Below the pieces are notes generated by a model, which worked only from the letters and a program-made list of their open reading frames with translations, was not told where the DNA came from and did no database searches. From the NCBI GenBank assembly GCA_000092065.1, contig CP000583.1: a stretch of DNA of 64,000 bases. One strand, 5' to 3'. Positions within the stretch are counted from its first letter, which is position 1; each line of letters starts with the position of its first letter. The stretch is from Ostreococcus lucimarinus. Lineage: Eukaryota. This document shows positions 1 through 10,539 of the stretch, in pieces. A program made the translations under genes and the position numbers.

Positions 1-126
1 CTCGTCGCATCCATCTCGCCGCCCGCGCGCAGCGCGTCGACGCCGTCGGCGTCGATCGTCGCGCCGTCGGCGTCGAGGGAGGTGTTCACGAGGTCGGCGT
101 AGGCCGCGGCGGCCTGCTCCTCGGCG

Positions 127-202
127 GTGAGCTCGAGGCCGGCGCCGGGGGAGAAGCCCGCGCGCGCGGACGCGCGCGCGTTCGCGAGCGCGGACGTCAG
201 CG

Positions 203-238
<36 letters not shown>

Positions 239-852
239 GCGCGCGCGAGACGCGCGAGACGCGCGAGCGTCGGCGCGGCGTCGGCGCGGCGACGGCCGAG
301 GCGTCGACGCGCGACGCGCGCATCATTGGGAGTCGCGCGCCGATGAATGACGACGACGCGCGCGAGCGGCCGCCGCCGGGCGGCTCCGACGCGGACGACG
401 ACGACGACGAGCGCGATGCGGCGCGACGCGCGGCGCGCGCCGAGGCGGCGCGCGCGAGCGGCGTCGCGCGAGCGCTGCGACGGCGACGGAAGACGGTGGG
501 CGGCGGGACGTCGAGCGTCGGGCGACGGAAATCGTCGTTCGACGACGCGCGCGACGCGCGGGGACGGACGAACGGGAGCGCGCGGGCGCGGGCGACGCGC
601 TCGTTCGAGAGCGACGCCGAGGACGAGGGCGCGCGATGGGGAGACGGGGACGGGGACGCGTCGAGAAAGTACGCGTTGGAGACGCGGTTGCGAAAGATGC
701 GCGCGCTGCCGAAAGGATCGAGGTACGCGAAGCAGCAGTGCGAGTTGATCGAGAAGGCGTTGGATATTTTAGCGAGAGGAAAGCGGCGGGGGGCGCGAAG
801 CGCGGAGGAAGAGGACGAACTCGCGGGGTTGTTAAAAGCCGTGAAGCTTTGA
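127..852 (+). CDS. Low-complexity Arg/Asp/Ala-rich ORF, possibly the 3' part of a gene starting before the window. Function unknown.
   Basis: Open frame with a (GCGTCG)n-encoded SA repeat and an acidic run. The C-terminal 60 aa are less biased. I recognise no domain, and the reported start is an alternative start codon at the window edge. Confidence 0.2.
201..236. repeat. (GCGTCG)6 hexanucleotide microsatellite
   Basis: gcgtcggcgtcggcgtcggcgtcggcgtcggcgtcg encodes (SA)n in the +1 frame. Confidence 0.8.
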
Positions 853-1023
853 CGGAACTTTGACGGAGGGGGCGCCCGGGCGCGCATAGCGATCATAGAA
901 GCGGTAGGACAGTACGAATATCTTTGTAGTATGTATCGGGCACGCCGAACGCCGAAGGCGGCGCCTGTTTGCTTTGCAAAATTCACTAATATTACACTTT
1001 TCGTCGGTCGCCGAACTTGAACT

Positions 1024-2541
1024 TTACGTTTGGTAAATTCGACTCGCGTCGCTCAAGATGCGCTTCTTGCGGATGCGGAACGCGATGGCTGTGGCCATGT
1101 TCCCACTCGCCGATTTCAATTGTTCGGCGTCTTCTTCGAGGGTGGTGGGGTATTCCGCTAATCGCGCCGAGACGGCGGCTTGGATGGCGTCCGCGGCGCG
1201 CTTTTCGGGCGCGCCCCCTCCGAGTTTAAACCCGTCTACCCCGTTTGCCTTGGCGAATTCTTCCGGAGTCGCGAGAACGGCTCTGAGCGCCCACAGAAGC
1301 TTGTCTTCGGCGGTTCCGTCCGAGATGAAATTCGCATTCCAGAGCGCTTCGTCGAGTTCGGGATGCGTGCGCTTGAGTGTGGCAAGACGCTTCGAGTCGG
1401 CACCGAGCGCACGCTTCATCGGCTCGTGATTGGCCTGCAAAAATGGTAGAAATCCCTCAAACCGATAGACGTCCGCGACGTTGTCGGAATCGACGAATCC
1501 GTAGCGTGTGATCAACTCGTCGTTGTTCAACACGCCGTACGAGATGAACACTTCTTCGCCAGTCTTATATTCTCTCGGCGAACGTAACACGAACGCACCG
1601 CCGCTAAACTCAAACTCCGTCTTGAGCATCGTTTTATGATTCAACGCGTCGATGAGCGGCATGAGCACGTATGCTGTCTTGCTATCGCGATCGCTGTTGC
1701 TCGTCGAATCAAAAACCGTCAACGCCAAGACGGCGAACACGGCCAACCATCGACCCTCCGCCGACGGTGCCGTCATGAAAGTCGCGAAGCACATCCCCAC
1801 CGCGAGTGAGCGCGGTAGTAATTTCGCGCGCAGCTTCGCGTCATCCACCAGTCGTCCACTAAATACGCGCGAGCGCACGTTATCAAGCGCCCAAACGATG
1901 CGCTCATCCGACAAGGACGCCAAAGCCCCGCCTTTGGCCGCGTGTTTCCTCACCAGTCTAATCGCCTCCGCGTTCTCATCGCGCTGTTCCCGCGCAATCT
2001 TCTCCCCAATCGGGTACTGCAACGCTCGCACTTCGTCCTCGGAGTACGACCCGATCAAATTGAACGTCTCCGGAAGTTGCTTCAAGTACGCCGCGAACGC
2101 GCTCTCCGCCCCCAACGCGTATTCACGTAACAACACCAGCGCCACTCGAAGCGCCCATTTCTCCTCCCCGGCTGCGTTCCAAAGTTCGTCGCTCATGAAG
2201 TCTTCGTGCGGATTCTCTTGTCCTTCGAGCACGACGAGCGCGGCGCCGCGCGGGAGCGTCACCAGCGCCTCGTCCACTTTGATGTTCTTCTTCGCCACCA
2301 CCCCGCGCGTGGTTTCAGCCGCGTCCGCGGCGCCGCCGACGTATGAAATCTCTAGCGAATCACCCTTGACGTCTCTGGCGGCGAGCCATTCGGCGTAGAC
2401 CTCGGCGTCGGCGCGAGAGGCGGCGGCGGCGACTCTTCGGGGCTGAGGTTGGGCGAGGACGGCGCGGCGGATGGTGACGCGCGCGCGCGCGGAAGCGGTC
2501 GACGGCGCGCAGACAGTCGTTCGCGTGACAACCGCACGCAT
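1024..2541 (-). CDS. SET-domain protein-lysine N-methyltransferase with a Rubisco-LSMT-type substrate-binding C-terminus; N-terminal organellar presequence likely
   Basis: 505-aa ORF. The SET core motif is ...EEVFISYGVLNNDELITRYGFV..., and the following helical domain resembles the Rubisco LSMT C-terminal domain. The N-terminus is rich in Arg, Ala, Ser and Thr. Confidence 0.72.
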   Translation of the reverse strand: MRAVVTRTTVCAPSTASARARVTIRRAVLAQPQPRRVAAAASRADAEVYAEWLAARDVKGDSLEISYVGGAADAAETTRGVVAKKNIKVDEALVTLPRGAALVVLEGQENPHEDFMSDELWNAAGEEKWALRVALVLLREYALGAESAFAAYLKQLPETFNLIGSYSEDEVRALQYPIGEKIAREQRDENAEAIRLVRKHAAKGGALASLSDERIVWALDNVRSRVFSGRLVDDAKLRAKLLPRSLAVGMCFATFMTAPSAEGRWLAVFAVLALTVFDSTSNSDRDSKTAYVLMPLIDALNHKTMLKTEFEFSGGAFVLRSPREYKTGEEVFISYGVLNNDELITRYGFVDSDNVADVYRFEGFLPFLQANHEPMKRALGADSKRLATLKRTHPELDEALWNANFISDGTAEDKLLWALRAVLATPEEFAKANGVDGFKLGGGAPEKRAADAIQAAVSARLAEYPTTLEEDAEQLKSASGNMATAIAFRIRKKRILSDASRIYQT

Positions 2542-2698
2542 TCCGACAGTTTCTCGCGCGCGGTTCGGCGCTGGACGCGCTTCCGGTTGTGCGGACGGGG
2601 CTGCCGCGCGACCCGCGTCGTAGCCGACGCGAGCGTTTCGCTAACGCTGATGTTTTACACACAATTTTGCTACGATTCGCTTTGATGCGCACGATGAA

Positions 2699-5600
2699 CT
2701 ATTTCCATACTTTCACACTCATGTCTCGGCTGGCAGAGATGAGCATTTTGCCGGCAGCGCCTGATACCGCGGCGAGCGCGACGACGGCGTCGCGATGACA
2801 GTCGTGACGCTCGTGCGCGGCGCCCTGAGAGATGTTCTTGCGCGAACTTTCGGGGACTGGAGCGGGATACTCTTGCTGAATCACCACACCGCTCACAGAC
2901 TTTTCGGCAAACTTTGGTCGAGGGCCGGAAATTTTGCCGGAGACGATACGCGATTTGTTTGCGTCGCCGGGGTGCCAGACGCGGATGCACGCGTCGGTGC
3001 TTCCAGAAATGATTGCTCCGTTAGGGAGCGCGAGCAACGTCCGCACGCCCGGTGGTCGCGAAGACATAGACATCAACTCATCTGCGCGCAAGTCTTCGTT
3101 GAAATTTCCGTACGCCTTGTTGACGAGCGTTGAAGAGTGAATGAGCGCGCTCTGCGATTGCGGCACCATCCGTAATCGGCCATTCGCCTCCATAGCGATG
3201 GGTTGCGCTCGTGCCTCTGCATCGAGTGCTGCGCCTTGTCCACGTAAAACGCGTAAGATGCGTCGACATCCACCATCAGCAATATCCCACAACGCGACCT
3301 CGTCGTGACCGGCACTACACCACACCAGCGGACGCGTCACGGCCCCTGGAGAACTGCGTGACGTCGGAGCGATCGCCATAGCTTCAATACCAGCTCCTCG
3401 CGACGGATGATTCCATTCTTGAACACAAGTTTGGAAGCGCATGTCGAGTAAATTGATCGAACCACTCGCAGTTCCGATGACGAGCCAAGATGCCGCGCCG
3501 CTAGTATCGAGCGCGAGCGACGAAGCCACGCCAATCTTTGGATTGAGCGGCATCCTAAAGGCGTCGCGCGGCGAACGATAATCCCAACCGTACACGGCGC
3601 CAGTCTGAGTGATGTAGCACCCCATATGCTCACTGAGTGATGCAACAGCGTTGACGGCACCTTCCTCTTTGTTCACGTGCCGAATCTCTGCCGCACCCGT
3701 GTACTTATCTGGTACTGGTCGTTCATGCGGAGATTTTCCCGCATCCTTCGTCGCGTACTCGACGCGCCACGCGTGCACGGTGCCATTGTCACTTCCACTG
3801 ACGATGTGCGAATTTGAAGTGCTCGCGACGGATGTAATTCTACCTCCCTGGGACGCATAAGTCAAACGAGATTGAAAGGAAACATCCTTTTCAATTCTGC
3901 GTGTATCCCAAATCTTACAGCTTCCGTCCTCACTCCCCGTCACGAAGAAAACTTCCTCGCGGTCCACTGCGATTGACGTGACCGTTCCTCGATGTTCTAA
4001 AAGATGCGCGACAAGGATACCGCGTGGCGTCCATGAATCATCGCCTGCATTCGTTGATACGTTCGTTTCCATGTCAGGTGGACCATTCGGTTTGAATCTA
4101 TTCGCTCCAATGTCAAAGCGACGGACAGCGGCGGACAACGTTTCCACTACTGATGAACTAGTGGTGTCCACGAGCAAGGCATCGTTTTCTGTATCTTCTC
4201 GAAGAAAGATCGCCTGTGCATCTTGAGGCAAGATGAGAGATCTCTTTGGTCCGAAAATCGTCGTCCAGGCATCGTTATTATTCACGTTCACAAATTCTTC
4301 CGCTTCGACATCCTCCACGATGCTTGGTGGTTCGCTCGACTTGAAGCGAGGCGAATTGTTACCTCCAGTACTCTCTACGCTCAAGCGCGTTTGGCGAGCA
4401 TTCGCGAGCACTTTGATGTACGGTGACATCGCTTTAATGCTCGGAAATTCGGCCTCTGCGTTATACGCCGCGATTGCCGTCTCATCATTCACATTTTGAA
4501 AGCTTTGTCCGTCCAGCGGTCTGTCCATCCGCGCACTCACGGCGGCGTACACTGCCGCCGTGCGCATGCCCGTGGCCGTATTCACCGCAGATTCAAACGC
4601 ACTTCGCGTCGGAGGAGGGTACAGACACATCGCCAGAACTTCAGGTTCGTTCAAAAATTCCGGAGTTAAGCTCAGAAGCTTGAATCGGCTCGGATCAGAC
4701 TTGTCCAAAAAAGGCTTCACGATCGGTACCAAAAATGTAAAGGCATCCACGGGCCCCAAGCTCTTCGCCGCTGTAGAAAAAAACTCTTGCGCCGCGTTAC
4801 GCACCACGGCTGAAGGATGGCACAACAAATGGCTCGCAGTCTTTGCGACATTTATGGTCGCTTGTTTACCAACTTGAATCATTTTACTTCGTTCGAGGTC
4901 GGAATCCATGGGCGACACGAGCGTCGACATGCACCGCAACGCATTAGCAATGACTGAGTCTTGTACGTCGATGAGGCAACGATCGATGCACGGTACCAAA
5001 ACGAGCTCGCACGACGCTCGACCGATGAACTTTCCAACACCTGCAATGTACTTGAAGAACGCACATCGTAGCTGCGGAGACTGCGCGTTGAGGCACGTAA
5101 TCATGAGTGGCATAAGAAAGTCTTTCGTGTCATCTCGTCCAAAGAAATGCGCCAAGTGCGTTGAATTTGCTAGCATCTCCTCCCAAGTCGCAGTATCGGC
5201 GTCACCAGTCTTACCACCCATCAAATTGTACAGAATATTCTGCACTGTTGTCCTAGCTACCGTTAATTCATCGTCGAAACTAATCGGATCACCTCCCTGC
5301 CCCGAATTCGCCGCTGCATACTGCAAAAACGCGAGACTCAAACGCGCGAGCTGCGCTAACACGCTCGCCAAAGTCACGCGAACCAAGCGCTCGGGGTCTC
5401 CAGCGGCGTTGCTCACCATTGGCCAGATATATTCTGGAAACACGCCAAAATCACTTTGCGGGATATCTTCCACGAAGCGTAAGATTTCAGCGATGGCGCG
5501 CAACGCCGCAGCTCGGACGGATGCCGCTCTATCTTGCAACATAGATGCGCAATATGGCAACATTTGCTGAAGAATGCAATGATCCGTCGCCATCGGACTT

Positions 5601-6880
5601 ATCTTTTTTAGTAACTTTAACGCCAAAACTCGAGCGTTTATGTTCGTCGCGCCCCGCATGGAAGAGCAAATGTGGGTGGCGACAAGGCACATGCCCGGGC
5701 ATTTGAGATGCGGTGCCGAATTCATCGCAAGCGCTAGGACATCCTCATTCGTCGTTGCGTGCGAAAACATGTCCCGAGCGCCTTCACATCGCAGAATGTG
5801 GACAAGAATATCATCCAGTTCTTGTTCGACCGCGGAAATTCTTGAATTGGCGTCAAGGTTTAAAAATTTTACGCTGAACGCGTGCAAACGCTTGAAGTAA
5901 GAAGGAAACAAGTTTGTATCTTCGTACTTTGCCAAATAATCCGCTGCGCTTGCTCGCTGACTCGGATCCAGTGCCACCATGGAAGCAATCATCCCACGCG
6001 CTAAATCGTCGCTTACGCCAGTCGAGATCGTCTCGAGCGGATCGTGCTCGCCGCGACGATACGCCAACGCATCCGACAAATCGAACAAAGCCTTCCCATC
6101 CATGTACAGCTCCGCGAGCGTACACCCGAGGGCGAAAATATCAGCACTTGGAAGTAACTTCGCCGGCCTTTCATCGAGCATGTTATCCGTGACGGATGTC
6201 TTTTCATTCGAAAATCGCTCGGGCGCGATGCAACACCTCCGTCGTCCGTCATTATCAAAAAAGTATGTAAACTCCGCAGGGTTATCCGCGGGAATCTCCC
6301 CTGGTTTATAAGACGCGTAATCACTCAAAAAGCACCAACCCCACGACGTGACCAAGACGTTTTCGCACTTGATATCCCCGTGTTCAACCCCTCTCGCGTG
6401 CGAGTCTCTCGCCGCGTGCAACAACTGATACGCAAACCACGCCCGTTCCCTATCGCTCAAAAACGGTCTCGCGCTCAGCCTGTCGTGCAACGACATGTGA
6501 CAAAACTGTCGCATCAAGTACACCGCGCGTTCCGTCTCCAGCACCTTGGTGAACGGCCAGCAATGCGGGTACTCGGGCGCCGGCGTCGTCAGCGCCTCGC
6601 GAATCTCGTGCACCGCCCTCTCGTGCGCCCGCAAGTCCGGGAACGCGCCCGGCCGTTTCAGATATATCTTGACCAGCGCTATGCCATCGTCCCGCGCGCG
6701 CGCGCGCGCCGACGCGCTCGTCGGCGGCGCGCGTTTCGTGTCGTCGACGCGACAGATTATCGATTTCAAAAACCGACCCGTCGTGCCGATGAGTTGATCT
6801 TTGTAGACTAAACTCGGCACGTCCACCGCGAGGATATCGCTCATCTGCACCTTGGGAGGGGCGCTGTGTTGGTTACCCAT
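2699..6880 (-). CDS. VPS15: Serine/threonine protein kinase VPS15 (PI3-kinase regulatory subunit 4)
   Basis: 1393 aa with a real ATG and N-myristoylation-type start MGNQHS. The kinase catalytic loop HGDIKCENVLVTSWGW is present, followed by HEAT-like helical repeats and C-terminal WD40 repeats (WD...KIWD, VHAWR). This is the canonical Vps15 architecture. Confidence 0.85.
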   Translation of the reverse strand: MGNQHSAPPKVQMSDILAVDVPSLVYKDQLIGTTGRFLKSIICRVDDTKRAPPTSASARARARDDGIALVKIYLKRPGAFPDLRAHERAVHEIREALTTPAPEYPHCWPFTKVLETERAVYLMRQFCHMSLHDRLSARPFLSDRERAWFAYQLLHAARDSHARGVEHGDIKCENVLVTSWGWCFLSDYASYKPGEIPADNPAEFTYFFDNDGRRRCCIAPERFSNEKTSVTDNMLDERPAKLLPSADIFALGCTLAELYMDGKALFDLSDALAYRRGEHDPLETISTGVSDDLARGMIASMVALDPSQRASAADYLAKYEDTNLFPSYFKRLHAFSVKFLNLDANSRISAVEQELDDILVHILRCEGARDMFSHATTNEDVLALAMNSAPHLKCPGMCLVATHICSSMRGATNINARVLALKLLKKISPMATDHCILQQMLPYCASMLQDRAASVRAAALRAIAEILRFVEDIPQSDFGVFPEYIWPMVSNAAGDPERLVRVTLASVLAQLARLSLAFLQYAAANSGQGGDPISFDDELTVARTTVQNILYNLMGGKTGDADTATWEEMLANSTHLAHFFGRDDTKDFLMPLMITCLNAQSPQLRCAFFKYIAGVGKFIGRASCELVLVPCIDRCLIDVQDSVIANALRCMSTLVSPMDSDLERSKMIQVGKQATINVAKTASHLLCHPSAVVRNAAQEFFSTAAKSLGPVDAFTFLVPIVKPFLDKSDPSRFKLLSLTPEFLNEPEVLAMCLYPPPTRSAFESAVNTATGMRTAAVYAAVSARMDRPLDGQSFQNVNDETAIAAYNAEAEFPSIKAMSPYIKVLANARQTRLSVESTGGNNSPRFKSSEPPSIVEDVEAEEFVNVNNNDAWTTIFGPKRSLILPQDAQAIFLREDTENDALLVDTTSSSVVETLSAAVRRFDIGANRFKPNGPPDMETNVSTNAGDDSWTPRGILVAHLLEHRGTVTSIAVDREEVFFVTGSEDGSCKIWDTRRIEKDVSFQSRLTYASQGGRITSVASTSNSHIVSGSDNGTVHAWRVEYATKDAGKSPHERPVPDKYTGAAEIRHVNKEEGAVNAVASLSEHMGCYITQTGAVYGWDYRSPRDAFRMPLNPKIGVASSLALDTSGAASWLVIGTASGSINLLDMRFQTCVQEWNHPSRGAGIEAMAIAPTSRSSPGAVTRPLVWCSAGHDEVALWDIADGGCRRILRVLRGQGAALDAEARAQPIAMEANGRLRMVPQSQSALIHSSTLVNKAYGNFNEDLRADELMSMSSRPPGVRTLLALPNGAIISGSTDACIRVWHPGDANKSRIVSGKISGPRPKFAEKSVSGVVIQQEYPAPVPESSRKNISQGAAHERHDCHRDAVVALAAVSGAAGKMLISASRDMSVKVWK

Positions 6881-6985
6881 CGCTCACGACGTCAGCGCGC
6901 GCGGCGGGGCATGTGAACGCGCGAAGTTGTGACGTTCGCGTCGCGGCGGCGCGCGGAGACAGTTACGCGCTACGACGAGAATCGA

Positions 6986-8103
6986 TTACACATCAATGTT
7001 GAGCGAAATATCTAACGCGGTGACGCTGTGCGTGAGCGCACCGCTGGATATGTACGTCACGCCTGTTTGGCCGATGGCGTGGACGGTGTCTAGGGTGACG
7101 TTACCCGACGCCTCGGTGTCGACTCTGCCGTCGATGAGACGCACGGCGGCGGTCATGTCCTCCACGGACATGTTGTCGAGCATTAAACGAGTGACGCTGC
7201 CCGTCGGGACGTTCGGGTCGTCCAGAAGCGCGATCACGGTCTTCACCTCGTCCATCGTCCGCGCTTCGACCTCAATCTTGACGTCTTTGAGATTATTTTC
7301 GAGTAAATACTTTTCGCACGCCTCGACGGCGGCGGCGATGCCGCCCGCGGCGGCGATGTGATTATCCTTAATCATCACCATATCGAACAACCCTATTCGG
7401 TGATTCTTCCCGCCACCGATCAACACCGCCCATTTATCGAGAACTCGCAGGCCCGGGACTGTTTTTCGCGTCTCTAACATGATCGCCGGAGCCGCCGCCG
7501 CCGCGTACGCCGCCGTCATCGTCGCGATCCCGCTCATCCTTTGCATAAAGTTCAACACCACTCTCTCCGCGCGCAGGATGCTCCTCGCGCTTCCCGTGAC
7601 CCGCATGAACACCTCACCGCGTTCGATTCGTTCGCCATCGCGCTTCATCCACTCCACCTCTAACTCTGGGTCCACCGCCGCGAGCACGACGCTCCCCAGG
7701 TGCTCGCCCGCGAGCGTCCCGGTCGCCTTCGCCAGCAGCGTCGCCGTCGAGCGCGTGCTCGCGGGGATCGTGCTCAGCGAGCTCACGTCACCGACGTCAC
7801 CGACGTCCTCTTCGAGCGCGGCGCGCACGACGGCGTCGATCGAATACGTCGGGTGCGGCGGCGGGGCAATCTTCGGCGCGCGCGCGGCTTCGTCGGCGCA
7901 GCGCATCGCGCGCGAGACGACGCGCGCGCGCGAACGATTCGACGCGCGCGCGCGCGCGCTGATTCGGGCTCCCGGACGCGAGGGCGACGACGACGCAGCG
8001 CGCATCGGAAGCGCGGCGACGAGTGGCGCGCTATCCGCGCGCGCGCGCGAGGACGAACGACTCTCGAAATCGTGTACATTGCGTTCGGTGATCATCACAA
8101 ACA
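6986..8103 (-). CDS. QPRT: Quinolinate phosphoribosyltransferase (nicotinate-nucleotide pyrophosphorylase, decarboxylating) with organellar presequence
   Basis: The C-terminal 290 aa match the QPRTase family throughout (...[13 protein letters not shown]..., TRLMLDNM..., [10 protein letters not shown]...). The ORF runs up to 8377, but the saposin-like gene ends at 8152, so the start is placed at the ATG at about 8103 (MFVMITERN...). Confidence 0.8.
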
Positions 8104-8151
8104 TCGCGGGAGAAAAGAATCGAAATCGTGAACGATCGCGAGCGTCGTCGC

Positions 8152-8877
8152 TCACTTCGGGCACACCCCGAGGCGCGCGCACACGTTTTTTAAACTCGAC
8201 GCGAGCTCGTCCAACAGCACCGGGACGTACGGCTCGACGACGGCGTCGCACTGGTGCGCCAACTCCGCCCCGAGCGCCGCGCACAGCGCGTCGACCTCGC
8301 CGACGACGAACGATATCGTCGAATTCGCGCGCAATTCGTTCGCCAGCAAACGGCTCGCCATGACGCAATCCGCGCACGTCTCGTCGCTCGCCGACGCGTC
8401 GCCCCGCGCCGCCGCGCGAATCCTCGCCTCGTCGTCATCGCTCGTCACCATCGCCCCGCTCGCGTCCGCGACGGCGTCTTCGTCACCATCGCACATTTCC
8501 AGCGCCTTGCACGCCGCGTCACCGAGCTCGGGGTGATTTTCCAGGTACCGCGTCGCGAATCGCAGCCCGGCTTCGCCCGCCGCGACGCACACCGACATTT
8601 GACTCGCCTCCCCCCGCGTCGCTTTCGCGCACGCCTCCGCGATCGCCGCCGCCATCTCTCCCTGAAACTGTCCCTGTTCGATCTTCGCCTCCACCGCGCG
8701 CATGAACGTCTCGCACGCGTCGCAATCGCTCGTCGTCGTCGCGCGCGCGGTGCCCAGTCGCCATCGCGCGTCGTCGACGTCCAGCGCTCTCGCGCGCGCG
8801 GGCGTCGCGCGCAGCGCGCACGCGAGCGCGAGCGCGAGCGCGACGATCGCGCCGCGTCGCATCGCGCCGCGTCGCAT
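8152..8877 (-). CDS. Secreted saposin B-like (SapB) domain protein
   Basis: The internal ATG at 8877 gives [24 protein letters not shown], a signal peptide. This is followed by Cys-patterned amphipathic modules ([12 protein letters not shown]..., ...[11 protein letters not shown]..., ...[10 protein letters not shown]) typical of saposin-like domains. The upstream part of the ORF overlaps the divergent FCP1 gene and is rejected. Confidence 0.55.
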   Translation of the reverse strand: MRRGAMRRGAIVALALALACALRATPARARALDVDDARWRLGTARATTTSDCDACETFMRAVEAKIEQGQFQGEMAAAIAEACAKATRGEASQMSVCVAAGEAGLRFATRYLENHPELGDAACKALEMCDGDEDAVADASGAMVTSDDDEARIRAAARGDASASDETCADCVMASRLLANELRANSTISFVVGEVDALCAALGAELAHQCDAVVEPYVPVLLDELASSLKNVCARLGVCPK

Positions 8878-8967
8878 CGCGCGATGGCGACGGGGCGACG
8901 GCGACGCGCGCGGAACTCTGCGGACCGTTCGAGCCGGCGCGGCATCCGACGACGCGCGCGCGACGCG

Positions 8968-10431
8968 ATGCGCGCGAGCGACGACGACGGCGCGCGCGAC
9001 GGCGCGCGCGAGGACGACGACGCGTCCTCGAGCGAGGATTCCCTCGCGGACGCGCTCGAGGCGGAGCTGTTCGCGAGCGAACGCGACGACGCGGAGACGG
9101 ACGACGCGAGGCGGGCGACGGTGGGAAGCGCGCGCGCGCGCGAGGGACGCGAGGACGACGCGCCGAGGGTGGTGCGACGAAAGACGAACGCGCTTGGGGC
9201 GATTAAGGGGGCGAGCGCGGGAGAGGCGTGCGCGCATCCGGCGTTCATGTTTGACATTTGCGTGGTGTGCGGCGAGCGGCGAGCGACGGAGGACGCGCGG
9301 GGGGGCGCGGCGCGAGGGAGGGACGAGGGCGACGGGAGAGGGTTGCGCGGACACTTTACGACGTCGATGAAGTACATACACGAAGGGTTGACGCTGTCGA
9401 ACGAAGAGTTGGAAAAGGCGAAGCGGGAGGAAAAGGCGCGCGTGTTGCAAAACGGCAAGTTGACGTTGATTTTAGATTTAGATCATACGCTGCTGAATTC
9501 GACGCAGTTTAAGGAGTTGACGCAAGAGCAGCACGATTTGTTGCACGAGTGCATCGCGCGAGAGGCGGAGGGGTTGAAGGAAGGACAGCGACCGATGCTG
9601 TATTGCTTGCGTCACATGGGATTTTTCACAAAGTTGAGACCGCACGTGTTTGAGTTTTTAGAATCGGTGTCGAAGATTTGTCAGCCGTACGTGTACACGA
9701 TGGGGGACAAGCCGTACGCTAGAGAGATGGTGAAGCTGATTGATCCCGAAGGGACGATTTTTCACGGACGCGTGATTTCAAACAACGACTCCACGAGCTC
9801 GCACGTCAAGGATTTGGACATCGTTCTCGGCGGAGAAGCGAGCGCGATCATCGTCGATGACACCGAGCGCGTTTGGCCGCAAAATCAGGGCAATTTGATA
9901 CGTCTCGACCGCTATCACTTCTTTCCGGGAAGTGCGTCTTCGTTCCAACAAAAAGGACAATCCGTGATGGAGAGCTCGATGGTGGACGAAGGCGAGCTCG
10001 GTTCGGTGGGTAGTCGGGCCGTGCTCTTAGACGTATTGGCCGTCATAGAGAGCGTACACAGGAGCTTTTTCAAAAACACCGACGATGGAGAGGAACCGGA
10101 CGTGCGCAAGCTGCTCATTCATCCCGACCGCGCGGACTTACCGCTGAGCGGAGTCAAGTTTATGATGAGCGGCGTCACGACGCTGGGCGATCGAAGACCT
10201 GAGCGCCATCCTCTGCGACTACTCGCGTCCACGCTCGGCGCCGAGTTCGCATCATCCATCGAACGCGATGGCAACACCGTCACGCACGTCATCGCTCGCT
10301 CATCTGGTACCGATAAAGTGAAGTGGGCGAGAAAGACGAGCGGTCGCGTCTTCGTCGTCGAGCCCGGGTGGCTCGTCGCGTGCGCCAGGGCGAACACTCG
10401 AGTCAGTGAATCGCTGTACGAGCTCCAGTAA
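8968..10431 (+). CDS. FCP1: RNA polymerase II CTD phosphatase FCP1-like (FCP1-homology phosphatase domain plus C-terminal BRCT)
   Basis: DxDxT catalytic motif LILDLDHTLL, an FCP1/NIF-type HAD domain (...YVYTMGDKPYAREMV...IVDDTERVW...) and a C-terminal BRCT-like domain (LSGVKFMMSGV...HVIAR...VFVVEPGWL). The start is placed at the first ATG downstream of the divergent saposin gene (MRASDDD). The ATG at about 9247 is an alternative. Confidence 0.72.
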   Translation: MRASDDDGARDGAREDDDASSSEDSLADALEAELFASERDDAETDDARRATVGSARAREGREDDAPRVVRRKTNALGAIKGASAGEACAHPAFMFDICVVCGERRATEDARGGAARGRDEGDGRGLRGHFTTSMKYIHEGLTLSNEELEKAKREEKARVLQNGKLTLILDLDHTLLNSTQFKELTQEQHDLLHECIAREAEGLKEGQRPMLYCLRHMGFFTKLRPHVFEFLESVSKICQPYVYTMGDKPYAREMVKLIDPEGTIFHGRVISNNDSTSSHVKDLDIVLGGEASAIIVDDTERVWPQNQGNLIRLDRYHFFPGSASSFQQKGQSVMESSMVDEGELGSVGSRAVLLDVLAVIESVHRSFFKNTDDGEEPDVRKLLIHPDRADLPLSGVKFMMSGVTTLGDRRPERHPLRLLASTLGAEFASSIERDGNTVTHVIARSSGTDKVKWARKTSGRVFVVEPGWLVACARANTRVSESLYELQ

Positions 10432-10539
10432 ATAAATTAACCGTAGACTAGAGTTGTCATTCGAGTAGGTATCCGTAGTCCCGCGCGCTTTCGGAAAGCG
10501 GCTTTCCATTCCGTCCCCGTCCGACGGCGCTCCAACTGT

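Noticed and set aside
6986-8377. N-terminal 90 aa of the nadC/QPRT ORF, and similar Arg-rich N-terminal extensions on TOM40, the NYN gene, HAT1 and AAMP
   Set aside because: These extensions overlap the neighbouring divergent gene or the shared promoter. Internal ATGs give sensible presequences or N-termini, so the long forms are read-through of 5' UTRs.
8821-8880. 15-bp tandem duplication gcgccgcgtcgcatc x2
   Set aside because: It simply encodes MRRGAMRRG at the saposin-like protein start. This is a trivial duplication, not a regulatory repeat.
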